49,163 nt of DNA from Candidatus Parcubacteria bacterium (GTDB lineage: Bacteria > Patescibacteriota > Minisyncoccia > Phycocordibacterales > UBA918), in assembly GCA_009995385.1 (NCBI GenBank), contig JAACPT010000003.1, positions 1 to 49,163 on the forward strand, in the 5' to 3' direction. Position 1 is the first letter of the stretch, and every line of letters begins with the position of its first letter. Below the pieces are notes generated by a model that worked only from the letters and a program-made list of their open reading frames with translations, made no database searches and was not told the DNA's origin. Positions 19,448 through 28,439 of the stretch are shown in pieces. Position numbers and translations under genes: made by a program.

Positions 19448-20389
19448 ATGCTATACAATAGCACTATGATTGAGCACTACTACAAAAAAGAAGTCCCTTC
19501 TGTTATGGAAACACTGACTGCTCCTTGCGCTGGTGTATGGACGCACGTGATTGCTCCGTCAGAGACCGAGTTTGAAACACTCATTCAGCTTTATGGTTTA
19601 GAAGAAACAATTATCAAAGATATCGGAGATTTCTTCGAGGTCCCACGTTTTGAGCGTGAAGGCAAATCTGCGTATTTTTTTGCTCGGTATCCATACGACG
19701 TAAAAGATATTGACATTGATACCGCACCGATACTCATCATCCTCGGCGATACCTTTTTAATTACTATTGCCTCACAAGAAGTTCCCTTCCTAAAGCCCTT
19801 TATCGAAGGGAAACGTGAATTTTCAACCATTCATAAGACTAGGCTTTTCTTGGAGTTCTTATCCGAACTCATGATGACGTATGAACAAAAACTTACCCGT
19901 ACTCGAAGAATGGTGTACCGAGACATGGGAAGAGTACGCAGTATTCGTGGTCGGGACATTCAGCGTTTAGTTTTCTTGGAACAGGAATTGAATGAAAGCA
20001 TATCAGCGCTCGCCCCCACCAATACCTGGCTCAACCAGCTCACAAAAGGAAATTACATACAACTTTTTAGTGAAGAGCGAGAACTTCTTGATGACCTTCT
20101 TATTGAAAATGCTCAGTTAGTTGATTCCGCTAAATCGATTCTAAAAACCATCCAGAACATCCGCGGAGCGAGCGAGGCAATTCTTACCCAAAATTTGAAT
20201 GGTACAATCAGAATGCTCACCGCCTTTACCATTATTCTCACCATTCCAACACTCATCGCGTCACTCTTTGGGATGAATGTTGATATCCCATTCGATAACA
20301 ACCCGTACGGATTTGTCATCGTACTCGGTTCAATTCTTTGTGTAATAGGAATTACACTCTATTTCTTCAGGCGAAATCGCTGGTTGTAA
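19448..20389 (+). CDS. corA: CorA-family divalent-cation transporter
   Basis: 313 aa with a soluble N-domain, two C-terminal TM helices and the signature LFGMNV (GMN motif). Confidence 0.85.
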   Translation: MLYNSTMIEHYYKKEVPSVMETLTAPCAGVWTHVIAPSETEFETLIQLYGLEETIIKDIGDFFEVPRFEREGKSAYFFARYPYDVKDIDIDTAPILIILGDTFLITIASQEVPFLKPFIEGKREFSTIHKTRLFLEFLSELMMTYEQKLTRTRRMVYRDMGRVRSIRGRDIQRLVFLEQELNESISALAPTNTWLNQLTKGNYIQLFSEERELLDDLLIENAQLVDSAKSILKTIQNIRGASEAILTQNLNGTIRMLTAFTIILTIPTLIASLFGMNVDIPFDNNPYGFVIVLGSILCVIGITLYFFRRNRWL

Positions 20390-20575
20390 CTTACAGCACA
20401 ACATAAAAAGAGACCTCAACACTCTGCATATTCAAAGAGAAATATGTTTGGGCTTCTTGAACTCTCCCTCGGTCCGCTCCCAAAGCAGTTCAAAGACTTC
20501 CTTAAGCATTTGAGAAAGCTTCCTGCTCTCGATAACCAGTGCTTGTTTTGATTCCATAATTACAATCCGTACTCC

Positions 20576-21150
20576 TCACTCGAATATTTCAAGTGAACTA
20601 TCAGCACTGTACAAACTCTGTGGAAGAAAACGTCCAATAATCTTACCACCGGCACCATCAGTACTGAGAAATTTATCATACGACTGCAAGCCTGGATCAT
20701 CAGCGGTAAAGCCACGAACGTTTATTCCGTGTTTTTGCTTGTACTCATTCCAAGAAAATGAATACCTCCCTGGCTAATTCTGCACCAACATCATTCGTGC
20801 GAGCAAAAAAGCCGACAATTTCTTTTCCGTGGAATTCTTTAAGACGATAGTCATACGCTTGTTTGCATGAAGCGCGTAATAAATTTTTAATTATGAAGTG
20901 AGGGATGGCTGAGGAAGTGGTAGTCCCCGTGGCGTGGGTCGCTGATCGCCCATCATACTTTTTTACCTGTATAAATGGGAGCGGTACAAGGTGGCTGCTC
21001 GAGTTGTCTACGAAGTTACGCTTGAACGCTTCAATTTCGCACTATCAAAGAATGAATAGAACTAAAGTTTGTGAGTGCAAAAGAAACACAGCAAATAGAA
21101 GTGCCTCGGAAAATCATTGGCTTCATTGTACAACTCAATCCTGAGAGTCA
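20576..21150 (-). pseudogene. Decayed ORF(s); the 3' part resembles an AhpC/TSA (Bcp-like) peroxiredoxin that has lost its peroxidatic Cys and is frameshifted
   Basis: The reverse-strand translation is broken by stops and frameshifts. The pieces ...DYRLKEFHGKEIVGFFARTNDVGAELAREVF and WNEYKQKHGINVRGFTADDPGLQSYDKFLSTDG follow the Bcp pattern (L-dF-GK-vV-FyP...T-C; ef---g--v-G-S-D----kF), with the T-x-x-C site replaced. No ORF of 80 aa or more exists on either strand. Confidence 0.45.
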
Positions 21151-21286
21151 TAGGAAGTAAATGCTTTTTCGAAATCTTACAGAGACCTTTTTTTACGAAA
21201 TAAATTGCACCCGTTCAGCTAAAATAAAACTACAGACGGTACCAATCTGTAATTTTTTACTTTGAGACTGGTAATACTGCTATTCA

Positions 21287-22480
21287 CTACTCCCCCACTT
21301 TTTTCTGCATGAAGCTGAATTTGCTCCATTCTAGACTTTCTATAAAAGCACTCTCTGTAGAAACAAAGGCAATGTCACGTGACTCATCACTTTGCAAGAA
21401 ATAGATAAACTGTAGTTCCGAGGTGTCGGTACCCTGTTCAGCCACATATTTAGTGGCAATGTCATATGGTGAAACAATCTTTCGACCGTTTACCACTGAT
21501 GTTTCCATGTGTACCCCCTTCTTTTCAGGAAGTCGTTCGAAATAGGCGTCATATACCAATTCAGAGCACACCAACGCATCACGAGTATCAAAGTCAAAAT
21601 TGAAGTCATACGGCTTCCCAAAATTTGCAAATGCCTTCAGGATCGCCAACATTTTATCTTGCTTATGTAAGTTTGGTCGCAATACAACGATATAGTCGGC
21701 ACTAGCAGACACTGGAAGTGACTGTAACACCACCCCTGGTTCAATCGCCTCGATGACGGCTGGAAAATCGCCAACTTTATTACTCGTACTCAGTGCCTGG
21801 TGTACGACTGGCATTTCTCCTTGTACGTACGCAGAGAAACTTTCGTATCCCTTATAAGGAAATTCCGAAGAGAAGTATTCATCCATTGTTTTCAGATCGC
21901 CAGTGTACAATGCCGAGTGTGTCCAAAATCCAGGAATACCAACGTTACTGATATGCCAATTTCGACGTTGCAGCATAATATCTCCGGGTTCCAATTTTTC
22001 TTCCATAGCGAGTGCTTGTGAAGTAGTAACCAATCCTACTTTCCCTCGAGTCGAGATAATAGCGCGACCCATTGCCGTCGCCACTCCCTTTTGTACTGGA
22101 AACCAAGCAGAAAACATCGTGTGTTCAGCCCCATCACTTAATACCTTGGGCAGAGACGCTACCGTCGTACCAAACTGGGCACGTAAATATTTATAACTAG
22201 CATAGGTTTTATCCCGTAAGAGCAAAAACTGACTGTCTCGGTAGGGGCTCTCTCCAATAAAAAATCTTTGGTAATAGTACGCTCCAGATAACCGTATTCT
22301 AGTTTTTGGCTCATAAAAACGAAGCACCATTTCATTGTAAATACCTTCTCTCCCAAACTCAGAGAAATACTGATTCAGCGCCTTTTTTTTATGTTCACTA
22401 TTATTGACTGCTACCATGATCCGGTGTACCAATTCATACTTTTTCGTATAAAGACTATTAGCGATCAGAAACGACTCCAA
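21287..22480 (-). CDS. YiiX/YaeF-like permuted papain-fold (NlpC/P60 superfamily) hydrolase
   Basis: 397 aa. GDIMLQRRNWHISNVGIPGFWTHSALYTG, then VIEAIEPGVVLQSL, then YDFNFDF...LVCSELVYDAYF give the His-before-Cys order typical of the permuted family. The start is uncertain: TTG at 22480 or ATG at 22417. Confidence 0.65.
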   Translation of the reverse strand: MESFLIANSLYTKKYELVHRIMVAVNNSEHKKKALNQYFSEFGREGIYNEMVLRFYEPKTRIRLSGAYYYQRFFIGESPYRDSQFLLLRDKTYASYKYLRAQFGTTVASLPKVLSDGAEHTMFSAWFPVQKGVATAMGRAIISTRGKVGLVTTSQALAMEEKLEPGDIMLQRRNWHISNVGIPGFWTHSALYTGDLKTMDEYFSSEFPYKGYESFSAYVQGEMPVVHQALSTSNKVGDFPAVIEAIEPGVVLQSLPVSASADYIVVLRPNLHKQDKMLAILKAFANFGKPYDFNFDFDTRDALVCSELVYDAYFERLPEKKGVHMETSVVNGRKIVSPYDIATKYVAEQGTDTSELQFIYFLQSDESRDIAFVSTESAFIESLEWSKFSFMQKKVGE

Positions 22481-22519
22481 TCGAGTCTCACCATATGCAT
22501 GCGGGATATCATCAAAATA

Positions 22520-23128
22520 TCAATGGACGTCAGTTAAAGATTCCGAGTATGTTACCGCCTGCAAAAAGCTAACAAAGGACTGCGCAATGTCTTCAGTCTG
22601 ATTAGTATCACTTCCTGTTTGCTCAAGGACTAACAGTAGTTCATTTCCCGTAGTCTCAAGGTAATCCATAGCAGTAACCGATTTATATAAATCATCTTGA
22701 ACCATAGTAGCTACTTCTACATCTGAAAGATTTGAAAAGGGGTTACCATCCAGTGGTCGTAACCAGAGAAATGCCGCAGTGAGTAGCAAAATGATTACTG
22801 CAAAAAATAATCGCCACCGCTCCTTTCGCATAAAGCCTGTAGTTAAAGTATACGCGTGGTATTGACGCCAGGTACCACGACTGAGATATATGCGATATCC
22901 AATTGGCAAAAAAGAAAAAAAGTAAACGGTGGCACCAACTATCACATGAAAAGGGTAGAATAATTTCATACCCACTATTGCCAACGACAGCAACGTAAGC
23001 AATAACGATTCTAGCGACAGACGTATCAATTGGCTTCTTCGCTTCTTAAAAGCTTCGTAAACACTTGCTGGCGCTTCTTTTACTCCCTGAACATACTTCT
23101 TTCTTTTACACTCAAACCAAGTTCGCAT
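22520..23128 (-). CDS. Membrane protein (3-4 TM), function unknown
   Basis: 202 aa with hydrophobic segments and a soluble acidic C-terminus. It is tightly packed between the DUF4105-like and YiiX-like genes. Confidence 0.55.
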   Translation of the reverse strand: MRTWFECKRKKYVQGVKEAPASVYEAFKKRRSQLIRLSLESLLLTLLSLAIVGMKLFYPFHVIVGATVYFFSFLPIGYRIYLSRGTWRQYHAYTLTTGFMRKERWRLFFAVIILLLTAAFLWLRPLDGNPFSNLSDVEVATMVQDDLYKSVTAMDYLETTGNELLLVLEQTGSDTNQTEDIAQSFVSFLQAVTYSESLTDVH

Positions 23129-23140
23129 AAACGCATTTCA

Positions 23141-24013
23141 TTATTTTAATTCAGCTCTTATATCGAGACTGTAGGTCTTACTCTGTGTATCGAGTTTGGT
23201 ATTGTCCAGTAGATGATTCACTTTCACTTCAGAAAAAGTACCAACGGTATCAATGAGTCCAAGTTTGTACAGAATTTCGTCAAAATATCCTGGAAGCACC
23301 GTCTTCCAAGTCAACGGAAATCGTACATCGGAAATACGCTCGACCGGTCGCGTCAGTTTATTAGTGCAATTGTTGGTAAGAGTGTTGTACATCAGAGGTT
23401 TCTTATAAATAGCATTGATATCATTTGCCAGTTCCCTGAACAGCTCTCCCGCTTGTGTGGCATTAGCTTTAGTAGGATATAAATAGACACGTTCATCACG
23501 ATAACCAGTACGCACCCCGACAATATCCGCCTCAGAACCAACTACGTAAATAATTTCAAACTGGCGTAGTAATCCTAGAAGTGGTGAGAACGACTCATCT
23601 AATTCACGCCGGGTCTCGAGTGAAATCACTATTTGCTCGTCATCAACAAAACCAAAGCTAAGAAAAATATGCGCCAGACCTTCAAAATCATCAAAGTGTG
23701 AAATAAAAACGTCAACCGAATCTATTTTTGCCAAATCAAATGTCTTGGTCACGTAACGCGCTTCTGCCTGGTTCACGGCTGTCCAAGAAAAATCCCGGTA
23801 ATTTTCAATTGTGACCAATGAACTAGTAGTAGAATATACAATATGTGGTAATTTTTCGTGTCCAAGTTCCCAATCACGATCATGCGATGGCCTAAATACT
23901 ACTAGTAAAATCAAGTAAATAAGGATCCATACACCCACAATATATAAGAGCACCTTCCCTGCTTTCCGCCAAGTTACTTCCATACTCCTATTGTACTGGA
24001 ATATAGCAGTCAT
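23141..24013 (-). CDS. DUF4105 (Lnb N-terminal-like) domain protein with N-terminal TM anchor
   Basis: 290 aa. SHDRDWELGHEKLP, ISHFDDFEGLAHIFLSFGF, YVVGSEADIV and YNTLTNNCTNKL match my recollection of the DUF4105 pattern. Not checked against a profile. Confidence 0.55.
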   Translation of the reverse strand: MTAIFQYNRSMEVTWRKAGKVLLYIVGVWILIYLILLVVFRPSHDRDWELGHEKLPHIVYSTTSSLVTIENYRDFSWTAVNQAEARYVTKTFDLAKIDSVDVFISHFDDFEGLAHIFLSFGFVDDEQIVISLETRRELDESFSPLLGLLRQFEIIYVVGSEADIVGVRTGYRDERVYLYPTKANATQAGELFRELANDINAIYKKPLMYNTLTNNCTNKLTRPVERISDVRFPLTWKTVLPGYFDEILYKLGLIDTVGTFSEVKVNHLLDNTKLDTQSKTYSLDIRAELK

Positions 24014-24134
24014 TTATATGTAAATGGTGGAAAAAGTACTCTCGGGCAAAAGTTCTTAATCAAGAGAAATTCATGAGCTAATTGGCATACAACATTGCAA
24101 AAGTATTTGATTGTAATGTTATACTTTTTGGAAT

Positions 24135-25226
24135 ATGCATTACTTGACTGATGGCATCATTTTTATACTGACTTGGTATTTAGCGTTCACTAATATGCTT
24201 GCGACTGAAATCCAGTCTTGGCTTGTAGATACAAACGAAACACCTACGATACTCACTGAAGAAGTGCCAGAAACGCACCGATTGTCGTGGCTTCCAAGTT
24301 CCATCGGAGAAGCAATCCCTAATATTCTCCTCCAAAGCGCGGAATACCAGCAAGCTGCAGTTAGTGGCGCAACTGGCCTAACTGGCAGTACCACTGATGA
24401 ACCTTTAGAAGCTATTGTTAATATTTTTTGCACACTTACCACTGACGATTACATTCGTACAACGACTGGTACTGGTTTTTTTATAGATCCTGATGGCGTC
24501 ATTATGACTAATGCCCACGTCGCTCAGTTTCTTTTATTTGAAGCCACTGAAGAAATTGGTGATACCGATTGCACCATACGAAGTGGCAACCCTGCCGCAC
24601 CACAGTATCATGCCGAACTTTTATATATTCCACCTAGTTGGATACAGCAAAATGCCACAGTAATGAGTGCAGAAGTACCAATGGGGACTGGCGAACGTGA
24701 TTATGCACTACTCTATGTCAGTAAGCGTGTCGATGGTGCTCCCCTGCCTGCCTATTTTCCCGCTCTATCATTTAATGCTAAGTTGCTACCCCTTTCGATC
24801 AGAGGTAGCACCATCACGGCAGCTGGCTACCCAGCCACAGCGTTACTTACCAACGGACCTAACGCCGACCTTATTCCTCAAAAAGCAACTTCAACAATTT
24901 CTGAACTGTATACTTTTGGCTCAAATTACGCTGATGTCCTTTCAATCAGTGGAAGCGTCGTTGGAGCTGAGGGTGCTTCTGGTGGTCCTGTACTCAATCA
25001 AGACGGAGACGTCATTGGTGTTATTGTCACACGGGGAGACGACAGTACCGATGGTGCTGGTAGTTTACGGGCTATTTCTTTATCTCACATTGAAAGAACT
25101 CTTATGCAAGAAACAGGATTCTCCCTGGCACAAAATCTCAGTGGTAATCTACCCTACCGAGCAAATATATTTGCTAAAACCTTGTCACCATTCTTGCTAG
25201 CAATCCTCCAACAAGCTAATTATTGA
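24135..25226 (+). CDS. Trypsin-like (S1/S1C) serine protease, membrane-anchored
   Basis: 363 aa with GTGFFIDPDGVIMTNAHV (catalytic His), DYALLYV (Asp) and GASGGPVLNQDGDVIGVIV (Ser). Confidence 0.8.
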   Translation: MHYLTDGIIFILTWYLAFTNMLATEIQSWLVDTNETPTILTEEVPETHRLSWLPSSIGEAIPNILLQSAEYQQAAVSGATGLTGSTTDEPLEAIVNIFCTLTTDDYIRTTTGTGFFIDPDGVIMTNAHVAQFLLFEATEEIGDTDCTIRSGNPAAPQYHAELLYIPPSWIQQNATVMSAEVPMGTGERDYALLYVSKRVDGAPLPAYFPALSFNAKLLPLSIRGSTITAAGYPATALLTNGPNADLIPQKATSTISELYTFGSNYADVLSISGSVVGAEGASGGPVLNQDGDVIGVIVTRGDDSTDGAGSLRAISLSHIERTLMQETGFSLAQNLSGNLPYRANIFAKTLSPFLLAILQQANY

Positions 25227-25243
25227 TAGTATTTTACTTATAC

Positions 25244-25276
25244 AAAAAGCCCGACGCAAAAAACGCCGGGCTTTTT
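25244..25276. terminator. Bidirectional terminator between the protease and anti-sigma-like genes
   Basis: AAAAAGCCCGACG-loop-GCCGGGCTTTTT, between convergent genes. Confidence 0.6.
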
Positions 25277-25298
25277 GTATAAATCGTATAAGATATTA

Positions 25299-26735
25299 CT
25301 ACTCTCTTGTAGTCAACATTGTTGAAGGATTTTCTAGTACTTGAGAAATATCCTGATCAGTGGTGCCTTCTTGTTCCGACGCAGCAGGTGCTGGAGTTAT
25401 TTGTTCCCCACTTTCTATTTTAGTAGTAGCATCCTCATCGTTTTCCTCTGTCGCGGGGGTATAAAAACGCTCTAAAAGAGTGATGGTATCACGACTCAGT
25501 ATTTGCGCTTCTATTCCTAATGCTACAAAGACATCATGCTCTTCTGTCGAAGATGCCATTTTTTCCATTAAAGAAAGAATCGTTGCCTTACCAAGTTGTG
25601 CTTTCTCAGTAACCTCCTCATCAGTAACCGTTGCAAGCATTAGTTCAATCTGCGCTAATTCTACAGTAAGTGCTTCTGTGGTGCTGGCAATGTTTACTTT
25701 CTTTTCTTGAGTGGTTGGCACCATCGGAACAAGCGTCTCAATGTCTACTGTCTTAGCGATGATTAATTCGTTAATAAAAATAATCACTCGTTGCGTTCGT
25801 TGCATTACTTCAACCAACGACTGTTGTGCTTTTACTTCATCGACTTCTGACAACGCGATGACTTCGTCTATTGACCGCTCCAAATCTTCAATTCGACGAG
25901 TCACGCCAGCCAAATCTTCAGCCGAAACAGTTTTACTCAGTGCAGTATAAAGTTCATAGATACGAGTAGTATTTTGCTCAACTCTTGCCATCAGCTTGTC
26001 ATATGCAGGCAAGGGCACATTGACATCTGCTTCTAGTGTCTTATCTCGAGATTCATCAATCGCATCAGCAATGGGGCTATTAGTCACTTTTGCAGATAAT
26101 GCTTCTTCGCCGTTTACTGCTAACGACGTAGCTGCCTCTTCTTCTTTCAAAGCGGTTGCTTGCACTGCAAGTGTAGTTTCAAGGGTGATGGATGCAATTG
26201 CAGCTTCATCAGCATCTTTTGTGCGTAGCACTTCAATCTCTCGTTTAGCACTCTCTGTATGTGTCCGAACTGCCATAGCAACTTCCGTCTCCATCACTTC
26301 AGTTAAACGACCTTCACTAGCTAAGAGACGGGCTTCCGCCAGACGACGATTGAGTCGTTCTGTTTCCCACTCTACTTTTTGTAAACTATCAAACGTAAGT
26401 GTACTGCGGAGTTCTTCATTGAACTGCACTTTGACTGCGTATAAGGTGTCACCTGGCATGGCATTCTGCGCCACAAAAGGAAGTGCAACAAAGAAAAAGG
26501 CAGCAGTTAGAGCTCCATATTTAAATAAGGCATGGAACGGAACTTTTACGAAAGTAAACGCTTCGGTCATGGTCGGTGCCGAGTGAACATTTTTTTGTTT
26601 GGTCCGCAGTTCAGCTGGCAATGGGTGATACTCCATGTATGAAACAAGTCGTTCCCGAAGTTCACGTCGTTCAGCCGTCTGCAACGTTACAGAAGTAGTA
26701 GCTTTTTTATAAAATTTTTGGCTGAATTGTTTCAT
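25299..26735 (-). CDS. Anti-sigma-factor-like single-pass membrane protein with a long helical (DUF5667-like) ectodomain
   Basis: 478 aa. It is translationally coupled to the sigma gene (TAATG overlap at 26735). A cytoplasmic N-terminus and a TM segment (YGALTAAFFFVALPFV) are followed by PGDTLYAVKVQFNEEL and a helical region. Confidence 0.55.
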   Translation of the reverse strand: MKQFSQKFYKKATTSVTLQTAERRELRERLVSYMEYHPLPAELRTKQKNVHSAPTMTEAFTFVKVPFHALFKYGALTAAFFFVALPFVAQNAMPGDTLYAVKVQFNEELRSTLTFDSLQKVEWETERLNRRLAEARLLASEGRLTEVMETEVAMAVRTHTESAKREIEVLRTKDADEAAIASITLETTLAVQATALKEEEAATSLAVNGEEALSAKVTNSPIADAIDESRDKTLEADVNVPLPAYDKLMARVEQNTTRIYELYTALSKTVSAEDLAGVTRRIEDLERSIDEVIALSEVDEVKAQQSLVEVMQRTQRVIIFINELIIAKTVDIETLVPMVPTTQEKKVNIASTTEALTVELAQIELMLATVTDEEVTEKAQLGKATILSLMEKMASSTEEHDVFVALGIEAQILSRDTITLLERFYTPATEENDEDATTKIESGEQITPAPAASEQEGTTDQDISQVLENPSTMLTTRE

Positions 26736-27328
26736 TATGTAGTTCGTTTTTGCTTGGATTTTCTTCGTTCTTCAGCAAACTCATCGCCGGCTTCGATTTT
26801 TTGTCGTAGTAACTTCAGGCCACGATGAATCCTCACTGAGACAACATTTTCACTTTCTTCGATAAGCTCACTGATTTCTTTTGGACCGAGCTGATCAATG
26901 AATCGGTAAATAATGACGTCACGATACTGTTCTGGTAGTTGCTCAAGTAATTCGAAGGCTTTTTGTCCGTCGATGGTGGCAGCAAGCTGTTCCACTGTAC
27001 TTTCTGACAACTCATCAAATGAACCTTCGTCTACCCCTTCAATCTCTAGGAGTGCATCAAGTGATGTCTCTTTCTGTTTCCGATACTCATCAATAATAAG
27101 ATTATTGAGTACTTTGTATAGAAATGGACGGAAAGAATCAATCGCATATCCATCGCGGATATATGACCAAACTTTAGTAAATGTGTCATGTACCAAATCG
27201 ATTGCTTTTTCACGATTATTTATTCGCAAAGAGGCGTGTCGAAACAGGACATCATTGTACTCATCGAAAGCTTTCAAAAAACGCGTTTCGTGGTCACTTA
27301 CATTGTGAGATGATTCACGTTCTTCCAT
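26735..27328 (-). CDS. ECF-type (sigma-70 family) RNA polymerase sigma factor
   Basis: Region 2 (AIDLVHDTFTKVWSYI ... RPFLYKVLNNLIIDEYRK) and region 4 HTH (LPEQYRDVIIYRFIDQLGPKEISELIEESENVVSVRIHRGLKLL) are present. The start is taken at the ATG at 27328; in-frame alternatives are at 27376 and 27445. Confidence 0.8.
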   Translation of the reverse strand: MEERESSHNVSDHETRFLKAFDEYNDVLFRHASLRINNREKAIDLVHDTFTKVWSYIRDGYAIDSFRPFLYKVLNNLIIDEYRKQKETSLDALLEIEGVDEGSFDELSESTVEQLAATIDGQKAFELLEQLPEQYRDVIIYRFIDQLGPKEISELIEESENVVSVRIHRGLKLLRQKIEAGDEFAEERRKSKQKRTT

Positions 27329-27466
27329 GTAAGCACCATTATATACGTAGACGGACGAAGAGGCACTTTCTTTCATAAGGTAACATGGGATAAACGGTAT
27401 AATGACTATTGAAGAACAAATTGTTTTCGATGGAACGTTTTCCAATAATAAGATTGCTACACAACT

Positions 27467-28081
27467 CTAAATTTGCCGTATTATCTGCAGTAATTCTGGA
27501 AATTGTCCTACTAAAAAGTGGTTTCTATCAGTAAATGTCACTAATTCTGCTTGTGAGAGCATTTCTTTATACCTCTCTGCGTGCACATAAGGGACAATCG
27601 GGTCATCTTTTGAGTGCAAAATGTATATTTTTGCTGTCTTTTCCGCTAATGTAGCAATTCGTTGCGTATCAAAAGCAAAATCTCCCCCATCTTCTCCTCC
27701 GAAATCATCATTCTCAAATGGTGCAGCAAGTAAAAGTAACGCAGTAATGGTAAATGGTGTTTTGTTTTCTAGTAAGTATTTAACCAAAAAATATCCTCCA
27801 AGAGACCATCCTACTAAAATCACCTCATCTTGCAGATATTTAAAATATCGCTCAAACCAAATCTTCCACTCCTCGTACTTAGCATTCTGACTATTGGGCA
27901 TAGAGGGCATAAAAACTTCGAATGACTCACCTAGATCTTCATGAAACATACCTGTCCATTTCTTGATTGGCTCAACTCCTGGCAGATCTCGCAGTTCCTT
28001 ATTTCTGAGATATGCTAAAAAATCACTATAATTGCTATATGCCGAACCACCATGGATATAAAATATTTGTTGCTTTTCCAT
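27467..28081 (-). CDS. Alpha/beta hydrolase (YdeN/RBBP9-like serine hydrolase)
   Basis: 204 aa with IFYIHGG, the nucleophile elbow GWSLGG, HSKDDPIVPY and DRNHF. Confidence 0.7.
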   Translation of the reverse strand: MEKQQIFYIHGGSAYSNYSDFLAYLRNKELRDLPGVEPIKKWTGMFHEDLGESFEVFMPSMPNSQNAKYEEWKIWFERYFKYLQDEVILVGWSLGGYFLVKYLLENKTPFTITALLLLAAPFENDDFGGEDGGDFAFDTQRIATLAEKTAKIYILHSKDDPIVPYVHAERYKEMLSQAELVTFTDRNHFLVGQFPELLQIIRQI

Positions 28082-28268
28082 GCACCAGATCTCTGCAGTA
28101 TACCACTACAAATGATAAACCATATTCAAACGATAAGATTCTTTGCTTTACTGTGGTGATGGTAGATCAAAATTATATATGCACTTTCTGTGGCAAAAAT
28201 GCTCGCATTTTTTAACAATCAGTGGTATATTTTGCAAACTCAGTTATTTAAAGACTGGAGTATTTCAT

Positions 28269-28339
28269 CGGGGTGTAGCATAGTGGTAGTGTACGCGGTT
28301 TGGGACCGTGTGGTCCGGGTTCGATTCCCGGCTCCCCGA
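28269..28339 (+). tRNA. tRNA-Pro (anticodon UGG)
   Basis: Hand fold with acceptor CGGGGTG/CTCCCCG (C1-G72 as in bacterial tRNA-Pro; one T-T mismatch), anticodon stem CGCGG/CCGTG with loop TTTGGGA, and T arm CCGGG-TTCGATT-CCCGG. No encoded CCA. Confidence 0.85.
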
Positions 28340-28350
28340 CAAAAAATATA

Positions 28351-28376
28351 AAAACCTTGGTCACCCCAAGGCTTTT
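28351..28376 (+). terminator. Small terminator hairpin after tRNA-Pro
   Basis: CCTTGG-TCACC-CCAAGG followed by CTTTTATTTT. Confidence 0.5.
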
Positions 28377-28439
28377 ATTTTACTCCATATTTTTAAGGGC
28401 AAAATAAAGATCACTCTACACTACAACCTAGATTAGGTT

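Noticed and set aside
20414-20557. A 47-aa minus-strand ORF after the Bcp-like remnant, preceded by GAGGAG
   Set aside because: It is a Cys/Ser/Arg-rich low-complexity peptide inside a decayed region, and I found no supporting features.
20900-21010. The KKYDGRS string in the decayed region as motif I (KxDG) of an ATP-dependent ligase
   Set aside because: A single short motif is present without any of the other nucleotidyltransferase motifs, in a frame broken by stops.
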